Origin: a virus
Virus record (IMG/VR): IMGVR_UViG_3300020201_000010
DNA length: 64,000 bases
Strand: one strand, 5' to 3'
A program made the translations under genes and the position numbers. Shown here in pieces: positions 8,600-18,584 of the stretch. Every line of letters begins with the position of its first letter. The stretch's first letter is position 1. The notes beneath the pieces are model-generated. The model was not told the DNA's origin, did no database searches, and worked only from the letters and a program-made list of their open reading frames with translations.

Positions 8600-10332
8600 G
8601 TAATAAAACAGATTTGGAAATGCAAAAAGAATTAGGTGAAGCTCCTGAGTGGTTAGATGAAGTTGGATATAAAACATTAGCCAGCGGGTATTTACAAGAC
8701 TTATCTGAAACGAAGAAGGAGACTGTTAATGAAGCCATTACTCGTGTATGTCATTCAGTCTCGTCATATCTGAACAAGCCACAGTTAGAGAGTTTATTTA
8801 AAGAAGCAACAATGCGCAACTGGCTTTGTTATGCAAGCCCTATTTGGTCTAATGCTGGTACGGCTAGAGGCCTACCTATTAGTTGTAATAGTATTCATGT
8901 TGGAGATTCCGTATCTTCAATATTTAAAAAGAATACTGAGCTTGCAATGTTAACTAAATTTGGTGCGGGCGTTGGTATCTATATGGGGGATGTTCGAAGC
9001 AGAGGTGTAAATATAACTGGTAATGGAAAATCTGAGGGAATTATACCTTGGCTTAAAGTTCTAGAAGTTACAACCAACAGTGTAAGCCAGGGAAGCACGC
9101 GCAGAGGAGCCACAGCCACCTATGTTCCAGCTACCCATGGAGACATAAAAGATTTCTTACTAATTAGACGTGCAACGGGCGATCATAATATGCGAGCACG
9201 AAATATGAATATAGGAGTGTGTATTTCAGATCAGTTTTTACAAGAAGCTGATGATGGAAATAAACATAACCGTGAGTTATGGCATGATATTTTAAAAGAA
9301 AGATTTGAGCAAGGAGAACCCTATCTTTTATTTACAGATAACGCTAACCGTCAAAAGCCAGAATCATATGTAAAAAATAATTTAGACATTAAGACATCAA
9401 ATATTTGTAATGAAATTTATCAATATACTGATCCTGACCATACATTTGTGTGTTGTCTATCATCGTTAAATCTTGATCGGTACGACGAGTGGAAAGATTT
9501 TAAATTTTCAAATGGCATGACACTTCCTGAATTATCTACGTGGTTTCTTGACGGGATCATGAGTGAGTATATTGATAAAGCTCAGCATATAGAGCATTTT
9601 GAGTGTTCTGTTCGTTCAGCAATCAAAGGGAGAGCTTTAGGTTTAGGCGTTTTGGGCTTTCACTCTTACTTACAGCGTCACATGGTTGATATGGAGGGTT
9701 TTGAAGCTTTTAAAATTAATAATGAAATATTTAAGTTTATAAATGAGCAATCATTAAAAGCATCACAAGACATGGCTGTTGAATATGGAGAGCCTGAGTG
9801 GTGTAAAGGTTTGGGAGTTAGAAATACATTAAGAACAGCAGTAGCACCAACGGCTACTAATTCAACTATTTCTGGCGGGGTAAGTCCTGGTATAGAACCT
9901 ATAGCTCAAAATTTAATTAATCTTAAATCAGCTAAAGGAAATTTTGAAAAATACAATCGTGATCTTAAAAAATTATTAGTTGAAAAGGGATTAGATACGC
10001 AAGAGACATGGACGAAGATCATTAATGATAATGGATCTGTAAAAAATATAAAGCAATTAAGCAAAGAAGAAAAGGAAGTATTTAAAACTGCAAGAGAGAT
10101 GAATCAGCATACATTAATTAAACTAGCTTCACAGCGTCAAAAATATATTGATCAGGGGCAATCTTTAAATTTATTTTTCACTAGTAATTGTGATGCTAGA
10201 TATTTGACAGAAGTTCATCGGGCAGCGCATTCTGAAGGCTTAAAAGGTCTGTATTACTGTAGGAGCACATCTGTATTATCTTCATCCGCCAGTTACAGAT
10301 CTCCTGACGAGTGTATAGCCTGCGAAGGTTAA
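8596..10332 (+). CDS. nrdA: Ribonucleotide reductase class I alpha subunit (short, no ATP cone)
   Basis: PISC, SNICNE (NxCxE), CCLSSLNL, APT, GLYY, C-terminal ECIACEG. Confidence 0.95.
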   Translation: MSNKTDLEMQKELGEAPEWLDEVGYKTLASGYLQDLSETKKETVNEAITRVCHSVSSYLNKPQLESLFKEATMRNWLCYASPIWSNAGTARGLPISCNSIHVGDSVSSIFKKNTELAMLTKFGAGVGIYMGDVRSRGVNITGNGKSEGIIPWLKVLEVTTNSVSQGSTRRGATATYVPATHGDIKDFLLIRRATGDHNMRARNMNIGVCISDQFLQEADDGNKHNRELWHDILKERFEQGEPYLLFTDNANRQKPESYVKNNLDIKTSNICNEIYQYTDPDHTFVCCLSSLNLDRYDEWKDFKFSNGMTLPELSTWFLDGIMSEYIDKAQHIEHFECSVRSAIKGRALGLGVLGFHSYLQRHMVDMEGFEAFKINNEIFKFINEQSLKASQDMAVEYGEPEWCKGLGVRNTLRTAVAPTATNSTISGGVSPGIEPIAQNLINLKSAKGNFEKYNRDLKKLLVEKGLDTQETWTKIINDNGSVKNIKQLSKEEKEVFKTAREMNQHTLIKLASQRQKYIDQGQSLNLFFTSNCDARYLTEVHRAAHSEGLKGLYYCRSTSVLSSSASYRSPDECIACEG

Positions 10333-10340
10333 CATTACTC

Positions 10341-10386
10341 TTGACACTACAATACTCCCATGATACAAACGTCTAGTGGGAGTATT
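10341..10386 (+). promoter_or_regulatory. Sigma70-like promoter overlapping a stem-loop (probable terminator after nrdA)
   Basis: TTGACA 10341-46, 17 nt spacer, TG-n-TACAAA; inverted repeat AATACTCCCA / TGGGAGTATT followed by T run. Confidence 0.5.
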
Positions 10387-10429
10387 TTATGAAATTAAAA
10401 ATATTACTTATAAATAAGGAAGTAGAATA

Positions 10430-10672
10430 ATGGGTTATGTTGTTCACTATCCGCATAATATTTATATTTGTAAATTTAATAAAAGAACAAAAAATTTTAT
10501 AATAGATTGTTGTTTGGAAAACGCAAGTATATTTTTACAAAAAAATTATTTTATAAAATTCATAAATAGTACCAATGAATGGGGTTCTGGAGGTTGGGAA
10601 GAATATGTTAAAATTTTTAAATGTGAAATTATATCTTATAATGAAGCTATTATAAAGAATGTAGTAGAATGA
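10430..10672 (+). CDS. Hypothetical protein, IIE-tail family (IIKNVVE*)
   Basis: ORF track; C-terminal motif. Confidence 0.7.
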   Translation: MGYVVHYPHNIYICKFNKRTKNFIIDCCLENASIFLQKNYFIKFINSTNEWGSGGWEEYVKIFKCEIISYNEAIIKNVVE

Positions 10673-10801
10673 ATATAGGTAATAAAAACAAATAAAGAAG
10701 TGTATACAAATAAATAAAGGAAATTAAAATGAAAAGAGAAAACTAAAAACAACTTTTTTAAGCTAAACGAATTAGTAGTATCAAAACAAACTGGCAGAAC
10801 A

Positions 10802-11047
10802 ATGACTGTAGTAGAAGAAGATGGTGGCCAGATAGTATGTCAGTATATTTATAATAACAAATATAAGCAAGAGGTTGTCGAAATATCTGGACTTTTGACA
10901 TTAAGTGAGTGTATTATTAAACATACTGAGGCTCAAGAAATATTGAGAAATGCTGCGGTCAATGAGGCCGAGACTAAGCGAGTAGTAGATGAAACAAAAG
11001 AGAGAATGTTACGTCAAAAAGAAAAGAAGTTAGATCGTAAAAGATAA
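10802..11047 (+). CDS. YodC/DUF2158-like small protein; 5' end possibly frameshifted
   Basis: In-frame upstream sequence reads FKLNELVVSKQTGRTMTV...VCQY, resembling the FKxGDxVxLKSGGPxMTV...VxCxW pattern. Confidence 0.5.
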   Translation: MTVVEEDGGQIVCQYIYNNKYKQEVVEISGLLTLSECIIKHTEAQEILRNAAVNEAETKRVVDETKERMLRQKEKKLDRKR

Positions 11048-11095
11048 ATCATATGTGAATTAAAGTGATTAATAAATGATTAAGGATATCTTTTT

Positions 11096-11407
11096 ATGAA
11101 TGATGATTTATATTTATTTTCAAATGAAATAGTGGAGCCTGGAGAGTATCTTCTAATTTATGATAGCGGTCATTCAAATTTAATTAATATTGTTTGGTAT
11201 AAAAATGTGCTTATGCAAAAGGTAACCAAATCAGAGTGCGATATTATTTATGTTGAGAACGCGGAAGATGATCATGAAGATTATAAATATGATTTCTATC
11301 CAAACTTTGATTATGAAGTTTTGTTTTTCGGACCAATTCATAAAGTCAAACATTCTAAATTAGAATTTATTAAAAATAATGTTACTGTGCACAACATAAT
11401 AACATGA
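11096..11407 (+). CDS. Hypothetical protein, IIE-tail family (TVHNIIT*)
   Basis: ORF track; EPGEY and FFGPI shared with paralogs. Confidence 0.7.
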   Translation: MNDDLYLFSNEIVEPGEYLLIYDSGHSNLINIVWYKNVLMQKVTKSECDIIYVENAEDDHEDYKYDFYPNFDYEVLFFGPIHKVKHSKLEFIKNNVTVHNIIT

Positions 11408-11496
11408 CGATTAGATTGTAACGTGTATATTTCATTTACCTGTAAAATACATAATAAAAAAACCAAAAATATAATTATTACTGAGACTATTAAATA

Positions 11497-11781
11497 ATGG
11501 AATGCTTATCAAATATGGAAGTTAAAAAATGCGGCCTGTATCATATGCTATATAGCAGTAGTGACTCTTATGATCTACATAAAATTCAACATCAAGGAAT
11601 GTGTGTTGTATATGGTTTGATTCAAGAACTTGTGGTACACAGTGCTAATTGGTCTTCAGTCAAGTCAATTAAAACTATGAATCATACTTTTTTTATTGGT
11701 CCCATAATTGATGATAATCAAATAGAGAAAGCATTTGAAAGGAAGAAAAATTTAGATATGATGAAAGATATTATAGAATGA
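11497..11781 (+). CDS. Hypothetical protein, IIE-tail family (MMKDIIE*)
   Basis: ORF track; FFIGPI; ATGA overlap with GT2. Confidence 0.75.
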   Translation: MECLSNMEVKKCGLYHMLYSSSDSYDLHKIQHQGMCVVYGLIQELVVHSANWSSVKSIKTMNHTFFIGPIIDDNQIEKAFERKKNLDMMKDIIE

Positions 11782-12587
11782 AGAAGTTATTTATAATGAC
11801 GCTTACATGGAATGGGGAGTCAAAGCTTAAATCTCTAGCCCCAGGTTTACTTAAGAGCTTAGATAGTCTTGAATTAACATATGAATGGCATGTAAGAGAT
11901 AATGGTTCAAAAGACAATAGTGTTGAATTTTTAAAAACACTACCTAACACTATTATCTACGAAGTAGGGCACAACAGAGATAATTTTTCACAAGGTATGA
12001 ATTATTTATTTAATGAAGCTAAACCTGACAATGATGATTTGGTTTTACTTTTAAATAATGATATTGTATTTGGAGATATTGTATCACTAGATAAAATGAT
12101 TAAGCTCCAGGAAAAAACCACAAGTGATATTGTTGGTGCAAGATTGCTTTATAGGGACAGCGACCTCTTGCAACATGCAGGTGTAATCTTTGGCAGCAGG
12201 TACGGAGGAATGCCTTATCATCTATATCATAAAGAACCAACAACTACGACAGCTCAAGCCAATCGTTACTTCCAATCTGTAACAGCTGCCGTTATGTTAG
12301 TCACAGCTAAAGCTTTTAAAACTGTCGGTGGGTTCAATGAAAAATTCAATTGGGCTTTTGACGATACAGATTTGACATTAAGAATAGGAAAAATTAAATC
12401 AAAAAATATTGCTTACTGTGGTGAAACATTAATTTATCATGAAGAATCAGCATCTTTAAAAAAGAATCCTGTCAATAAAATGTGGATTGAAAGTAATGTA
12501 AAATTATTTAAGAGTAAACATATGGGTCAATATGAAATGGATCATGAAAAATATTTAAATGATAAAAACTATATGATTATTTTGTAA
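11778..12587 (+). CDS. Glycosyltransferase family 2
   Basis: VRDNGSKD, NFSQGMN, LLLNND, QHAG, DDTDLTLR motifs. Confidence 0.9.
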   Translation: MKKLFIMTLTWNGESKLKSLAPGLLKSLDSLELTYEWHVRDNGSKDNSVEFLKTLPNTIIYEVGHNRDNFSQGMNYLFNEAKPDNDDLVLLLNNDIVFGDIVSLDKMIKLQEKTTSDIVGARLLYRDSDLLQHAGVIFGSRYGGMPYHLYHKEPTTTTAQANRYFQSVTAAVMLVTAKAFKTVGGFNEKFNWAFDDTDLTLRIGKIKSKNIAYCGETLIYHEESASLKKNPVNKMWIESNVKLFKSKHMGQYEMDHEKYLNDKNYMIIL

Positions 12588-12638
12588 AATTCATTTATGA
12601 GTTATAAAACAATAATAAAATAATAATAAAATAAAAAA

Positions 12639-13010
12639 ATGAAAAAAAATAAAATAAAACTTAAACCTTTCAGATCAAGTTTTTATTCTCTTAAAACATT
12701 AATATATGATATAGAGTATAATACATTATCTTCACGCATATATAGCATGTATAATATATTACAATGTGCTTATTGCCCTGTAATTCATTATACTAATATT
12801 AATAATGAATTTGAACAAGGAAACATTGGCGGCGCACCTTTTTATGATAAATCATCTTTTGTAAAACAATTAAATCAATGTTTTGAAGAGGGTTTCGAGG
12901 TATATTTGAATGAGCAAGTAGGCCATGATACTTTATTACACAATAAAGATATAATTAAACTTAAAGATTTAAGAAGCAAACAAAAAATAATTAAAGATAT
13001 TATAGAATGA
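12639..13010 (+). CDS. Hypothetical protein, IIE-tail family (IIKDIIE*)
   Basis: ORF track; C-terminal motif. Confidence 0.75.
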   Translation: MKKNKIKLKPFRSSFYSLKTLIYDIEYNTLSSRIYSMYNILQCAYCPVIHYTNINNEFEQGNIGGAPFYDKSSFVKQLNQCFEEGFEVYLNEQVGHDTLLHNKDIIKLKDLRSKQKIIKDIIE

Positions 13011-13276
13011 TATCTGATAATTTTATTTACCCTGAAGATGTAATTAATCCTGGATACTATATTTTTTACAACTTAAAGACGCATATGAAGCTTTCTTATA
13101 TAAAGTATGTTTCAAATTATTTTGGTAAAGGACTTTGCACAGACGATTTAAATACTTTTTATTTGAATAAAGATTATAAAGGATATATTTTATATCAAAT
13201 TGAATTACCATCTATAACAAAAGAAGTTGAAGATTATTTTAATAACAATGAATTAATTAAAAAAATAATAGAATGA
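13007..13276 (+). CDS. Hypothetical protein, IIE-tail family (LIKKIIE*)
   Basis: ORF track; NPGYY shared with 11096. Confidence 0.75.
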   Translation: MISDNFIYPEDVINPGYYIFYNLKTHMKLSYIKYVSNYFGKGLCTDDLNTFYLNKDYKGYILYQIELPSITKEVEDYFNNNELIKKIIE

Positions 13277-14223
13277 AATATTTCCCATTTGCTCCGAACA
13301 TTCCTTGGTACGTAAAACAGGATTTTATTATTCCTAAAATGAATGCTGATATATTCTCTAGAGCAATAGAAAATAAAGATATATGTTTAGTTTGTTATGG
13401 TGGATTTTTTGAAACTTACTTTTCATTAAGTATATTGGAGCTTTTGAATTCAATTTATTTAGGTAAAAATTTCTACTGGAAAGGAAATTTAAATTTCTAT
13501 AAATTAGTTGAGATTAACAACTTAACATGTAATGATAAAGCACCTATAATTGAAAAAAAACATTTGCGAAACTATCCAATACCTTTATTTTTCGATCGTG
13601 AAAATTTTGTTTATTTTAATTGTTTAAATGATTATGTAACAAAAATATCATTAACTGAATTTAAAAGAAAATTAAATAGCGGGCCAATCACTAAGCAATT
13701 ATTTTTAAATTCTTTTAATAATTGGAATATTAAATATAAACCGAAAATGAGATTATTAAAAGAAACAAAATCTTTTAAAAGCTGGAGCGCTGCAAATAAT
13801 TTTAATCTTACTAATAAATATGTTTTAATTTTTCCAGATAGAATTGGCTGGTCCATTCATAATTGTTCAAATTTAAAATGGAATATAAATCATATACGGT
13901 CATTATCTGCAATGTTAAGTTTACATGGTTATAAAACAATTGTCGTAACTAATCATAAAAACTACAATAATCATAACATTATATCAATAAATCCAGATAT
14001 TGAAAATATAATGTTATTAATGAACAATGCAAAAGCTATTTTATCTGAAGAAGTTGATTTTAGTTTAGTTGCATTATTAAATTCATCCGCTAAAATTATT
14101 GGGCTAGATTCTGATTCAATTTTTAATTTATATTTAAATAATATATATCTAAACACTACCAATGAACTTTTTTTACAAAAAGAATTAAAAGTTATAGATG
14201 TTTTTAACGCAATCGTTAATTAG
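13273..14223 (+). CDS. Putative GT9-like/GT-B fold protein
   Basis: GGFFE...S at N-terminus, YVLIFP...KW...L...NAKAILS two-domain pattern; glycan cluster context. Confidence 0.45.
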   Translation: MKYFPFAPNIPWYVKQDFIIPKMNADIFSRAIENKDICLVCYGGFFETYFSLSILELLNSIYLGKNFYWKGNLNFYKLVEINNLTCNDKAPIIEKKHLRNYPIPLFFDRENFVYFNCLNDYVTKISLTEFKRKLNSGPITKQLFLNSFNNWNIKYKPKMRLLKETKSFKSWSAANNFNLTNKYVLIFPDRIGWSIHNCSNLKWNINHIRSLSAMLSLHGYKTIVVTNHKNYNNHNIISINPDIENIMLLMNNAKAILSEEVDFSLVALLNSSAKIIGLDSDSIFNLYLNNIYLNTTNELFLQKELKVIDVFNAIVN

Positions 14224-14251
14224 TGATATATTGTTTTAAAAGGAGTTATTC

Positions 14252-14992
14252 ATGAGTATCAGATCTTTAATGATGGTGACCTATAACAGATTAGAATTAA
14301 CAAAACAGACTGTTGAGAATATATATTCCGTCACAGATAATTTTAATTTTATCATTGTTGATAATGGGTCTTCTGATGGTACCATAGAATATTTAAACGA
14401 ATTAAACAGCAAACATCAGAATGTTAATTTATATTTTTATGAAAATAATACTGGTGTTGCCACTGGCCGCAATAGAGCATTAAAAATCGCAGCAGATTTG
14501 GGCACTGATTATTTTGTAACAATTGATAATGATGTTATCTTGCCTAGTAATTGGTTAGAAGATTGTATAGATATCTTGGACAAAGCTAATTACGGAATAA
14601 CAGGTGTTAATTTTGAGAAGCAACAATTTGCACTAATTGATGTTAATGGAATTTTAATTCAGCACAAGAGCCAAGGAAATATAGGGACAGCTTGCAAAGC
14701 CTTTACCAAAAAAGTGTTTAAGACAATAGGATATTTTACCACAGATTATCCAAAATATGGCCACGAAGATGCTTCATACTCTTTTCGCTGTAGAGTGGCA
14801 GGTTTTAAAATTGGATATATTAAAAATAGTGGTATCCATTTGGGAGAAGGTGAAGCTGATAGCGGAGATTATCGCGCATTCAAAGATGAATATGGTAAAA
14901 AAAACCTTCAACAATTTTATGCTGATTGCAGAGATTATATTGCAGGTAAAAAATCAATATATTTGCCATTTTCGGAAAAATTAAATGATTGA
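14252..14992 (+). CDS. Glycosyltransferase family 2
   Basis: TYNRLELT, IIVDNGSSDGT, GRNRA, IDNDV, GHEDASY. Confidence 0.9.
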   Translation: MSIRSLMMVTYNRLELTKQTVENIYSVTDNFNFIIVDNGSSDGTIEYLNELNSKHQNVNLYFYENNTGVATGRNRALKIAADLGTDYFVTIDNDVILPSNWLEDCIDILDKANYGITGVNFEKQQFALIDVNGILIQHKSQGNIGTACKAFTKKVFKTIGYFTTDYPKYGHEDASYSFRCRVAGFKIGYIKNSGIHLGEGEADSGDYRAFKDEYGKKNLQQFYADCRDYIAGKKSIYLPFSEKLND

Positions 14993-17054
14993 AGTTGCAA
15001 ATGAAGATTTAAATAAGTATATAGCATCGTCAATGAGCTGTTCGGCAAATATTGGCGGATATATAATAAAACCTATTCGCGGAAGATTGTTATTAGATTT
15101 ATCGACTTTTCCTTCTTATAAATATTGTGAATTAAACTTAAAAAGATCTTCTGGTAACGGAGCGGTTACTATTAATAATGAAAAGTATTTTACATTATCA
15201 AAGGTCTCTCAGAAAATAAAAATCGATATATCTATAAATAACACAATAGATATAAGAAGAGATTACGACTCACTTGGAGATTTGGTCTTATTATCAATAT
15301 GTTTATTAAACGATAATGTAACTATTGAAAAACAATCATTAACTGATTTGAAAAATTCTTTAAAAACTTGCGGTTCATATACGTCTATTACCATTTTGGG
15401 CGAAAAAATATTAGCTTCTTCTGGCGCGACTATAGATAATGGATTAATTGTACATGAAATAATAACTGACCCACCCAATGTTACCAGCATTGGTGAAAAA
15501 ATAATTTTTAATTCTGAATGTGAAATATTAAATATAATTCTTAAAGAAGTGCAGCCTCCTCCTTCATCAGATTTAATAAATATTCTTGGTAGAGCAGCTA
15601 GTTCTAATTTAAATAATCCTGAAGAATTAAAAACAAACAATCATATTCATGCTGCAAATGAAAAGTATCTATACTATAAGAAATTACATCAAGTTAAAAA
15701 TATGTCAGAAGAAATTAATTTATCACTTTCTACAATAAGTAATCATGAAGACGTATTTACAAATACATCAACTAGCTTATTATTAAAAAATAAAGCTAAA
15801 TTTTCCATACCTATCTCAAACATAGATCCTTATTCTAATTATATTTTAAATATTAAGGCTATGAAGATTAATGGAAACGGAAAGTTAGGGTTCCAGGTTC
15901 AAAGTAGCAGTAATATTATTAGTAAAAAAGTAATTGTTTGTTCTGGAAAACTTTGTAACGAATCATTAATATTTAGTTTTCCTGAGCCAAGCGATCCTAA
16001 CGATCCTTATTTTATAAATATATATAGACCAGAAAACTCATCATCAGGTGATGTTTTGTTAGAGTCAGTTACATTTAATAAATGCAAAAATATAGTTAAT
16101 AACTATCTAAGTTCTGATTTGTTTGTTGGTCATACTAATGCGCCAACAGCTATCAGCTTAAAGGCTGATGCTATAATAGATCCAAATTTTGATATCTTGT
16201 TAAAAACAAGATATCAAAATTTTTCCACACCACTAGTTGATATTGAGGGAACTCATAAGCATGATATTATTTTTAATGTAGAACCTTTTGGTTTTGAATC
16301 ATCACTGTGGGTAAAGAAAAACTTTCCATATTTTAGTTTAAATATCAAATCCAATCACAAAGCTTTCGGAAATATTGATGAATATTCTGCTGAAAACACA
16401 ATGTGTATTACTGATATAAACAATATAATATATACAAAAAATACTAAAGTTTATTTGCATGAAATAAATGATGATTTTATTTTCACACAAGAAATTATTA
16501 AATCATTGGAATCAAAAACAGTAATTGTTACGTCTTCATTGACTGATAAGTTTATATTAAAAAAATATACACAGGCCGTTATACATATAAAATGTTTATT
16601 ATCAGTTCTACCAATAGTTGAAACATCAGCTTTAAATAAAGCTTTCTATTTTGAAAAAGATCATTATTTTAATACTATACTTAATGACAATCAAACCATC
16701 GGAAATATGTATTCGATAAATGCTTCTTGCTTTTCTGGCAAGTTTGACTATGTTTCTCCTTATGAATACTATATTTCATCCAGCAGGAGACTTGCTGGTT
16801 CAAATTATTTAATATACTTATCTAAAAATAAACATCATAGAAGCAATTTAATTGAGAGTGCTTTGGTTTTAGGATTAAGTGTTTTAACAAATAATCATTA
16901 TTATATTAATAATAATAGGTGCAGAGTTGTGAGCAATGAAATGTTAAAAACAATAGATGCTACACATATTGATAAATATCAAGTAAATAATATTAATGAA
17001 TATAACACTAGAGTAATTCAAGAATTAAAAGAATTAGAAAGTATTTTATGTTGA
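14985..17054 (+). CDS. Large hypothetical protein (689 aa) in the glycan cluster
   Basis: ORF track; two (S/N)GNG-containing beta-rich segments. Confidence 0.75.
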   Translation: MIEVANEDLNKYIASSMSCSANIGGYIIKPIRGRLLLDLSTFPSYKYCELNLKRSSGNGAVTINNEKYFTLSKVSQKIKIDISINNTIDIRRDYDSLGDLVLLSICLLNDNVTIEKQSLTDLKNSLKTCGSYTSITILGEKILASSGATIDNGLIVHEIITDPPNVTSIGEKIIFNSECEILNIILKEVQPPPSSDLINILGRAASSNLNNPEELKTNNHIHAANEKYLYYKKLHQVKNMSEEINLSLSTISNHEDVFTNTSTSLLLKNKAKFSIPISNIDPYSNYILNIKAMKINGNGKLGFQVQSSSNIISKKVIVCSGKLCNESLIFSFPEPSDPNDPYFINIYRPENSSSGDVLLESVTFNKCKNIVNNYLSSDLFVGHTNAPTAISLKADAIIDPNFDILLKTRYQNFSTPLVDIEGTHKHDIIFNVEPFGFESSLWVKKNFPYFSLNIKSNHKAFGNIDEYSAENTMCITDINNIIYTKNTKVYLHEINDDFIFTQEIIKSLESKTVIVTSSLTDKFILKKYTQAVIHIKCLLSVLPIVETSALNKAFYFEKDHYFNTILNDNQTIGNMYSINASCFSGKFDYVSPYEYYISSSRRLAGSNYLIYLSKNKHHRSNLIESALVLGLSVLTNNHYYINNNRCRVVSNEMLKTIDATHIDKYQVNNINEYNTRVIQELKELESILC

Positions 17055-18013
17055 AAGTTTTATACTTACCACTTGGTAATCAGCCAGGAACTGTTCATGG
17101 GTTTGAGAAAACAGGAGTGGATCTTAAATCTTTTGATTTCTTCACACATGTTCAGAGAAATTCGGTAACTGAAACTAACAATGAATTTATTAAAATAGCT
17201 AGCGATTTTAAACCAGATTTAATTCATTGCCAGCTTCAAATGACAAATGTAATTCACTCATCAACTATTTCTAAAATAAAAGCAATATTACCAAATACAA
17301 TTATTACAAATTGGAGCGGTGATATTCGAAGAAAAGTTGCAAATGAAATGGTTGCAATGTCTTCTGTTGTTGATTATACATTATTATCAAACGTAGGACA
17401 AATAGATCTTTATAAACAAGCTGGTGCAAAAAATGTGCACTATTGGCAAATTGGTATGGACCAGAAATTTTCAAAGCCATTAAACAAAACTAATTTCAAA
17501 TACACAGTTTCATTTGTTGGAAACTGCTATGATAAACAATTCCCTGATGCTCATATAAGATCCCAAGTTGCTAGGCGATTGAGGACAACCTATAAATTGA
17601 AATTTGGTTTGTTTGGATCTGGTTATCAAGGTAACCTGGATGCAAAACCAGTTGATATCTCTGAAGTGAACGACATATATAATGATAGCCTTTGTGTATT
17701 AAGTATAAGTAATTTTAATGATGTTTCTCATTATTTTTCAGATAGATTTCTAATGTGCGTCGGCTCCGGGAGGCCTTGTATAACTTACAGGTTCCCAGGC
17801 GTGAATAATTATTTTGTTTCAGGCAAAGAGGTGTTAGTCGCAAATGATATGGATCATTTATCTGGTCTGGTAGAATATTGTGTTAATAATCTTGCATTAG
17901 TTAACGAAATAGGTATGAACGGAGCTATTAAAGCTCAAGCAGAACATACCTTTACTTCAAGAGCTTTAGAACTAATTGAAATTGTCGGATTAAGTGGGAA
18001 ACTTTATGATTAA
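17048..18013 (+). CDS. CgeB/YkvP-like glycosyltransferase
   Basis: VSFVGN, FSDRFLMCVGSG...LVAN...QAEHTFTSRA C-terminal domain pattern. Confidence 0.8.
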   Translation: MLKVLYLPLGNQPGTVHGFEKTGVDLKSFDFFTHVQRNSVTETNNEFIKIASDFKPDLIHCQLQMTNVIHSSTISKIKAILPNTIITNWSGDIRRKVANEMVAMSSVVDYTLLSNVGQIDLYKQAGAKNVHYWQIGMDQKFSKPLNKTNFKYTVSFVGNCYDKQFPDAHIRSQVARRLRTTYKLKFGLFGSGYQGNLDAKPVDISEVNDIYNDSLCVLSISNFNDVSHYFSDRFLMCVGSGRPCITYRFPGVNNYFVSGKEVLVANDMDHLSGLVEYCVNNLALVNEIGMNGAIKAQAEHTFTSRALELIEIVGLSGKLYD

Positions 18014-18584
18014 TTTATTTCAAAATTATTACGAAGAAAACAATGTTGCTAGACGTAATGAAATAGATTTTTGTATTTCTAAAAATATGGAAAACCAAGA
18101 CGTTAATCTTATACTTATAGAGTCAAATACGAGAATGACTTATTCTGATTTTTTTAGAATTATAAATAATTATACTGGGTCGGATGATATAAATATAATA
18201 GCTAATTTAGATATTTATTTAAATGAAACTATAAAGTTGTTAACAACAATGTCACATGATCAGGCATTTGCTATTTGCAGATGGGAATTAGAAAAAAATG
18301 GCGGATTAAGATTTGCTGATCGCCCTGATAGTCAAGATACGTGGATCTTTAAAGGAAAGATAAAAAATGTATTTGGTGATTTTAATTTGGGTTATTGTGG
18401 GTGTGATAACAGAATAGCTTATGAAATTCAAAAAGCTGGGTATCTTTTAAAAAACCCTGGCAAAACAATTCAAACGATTCACGCTCATAGTTCTGGTATA
18501 AGGAATTATAAATATAAAGGAAAAGAAAGAAAAGACTTTGAAGTTGGACCACCATATCTTACCATTACCCCCACAACATTATGA
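17994..18584 (+). CDS. Putative GT-A-like protein (start probably about 18006)
   Basis: IIANLDIY (DxD-like), SQDTWIF, GYCGCDNRIA. Confidence 0.55.
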   Translation: MGNFMINLFQNYYEENNVARRNEIDFCISKNMENQDVNLILIESNTRMTYSDFFRIINNYTGSDDINIIANLDIYLNETIKLLTTMSHDQAFAICRWELEKNGGLRFADRPDSQDTWIFKGKIKNVFGDFNLGYCGCDNRIAYEIQKAGYLLKNPGKTIQTIHAHSSGIRNYKYKGKERKDFEVGPPYLTITPTTL

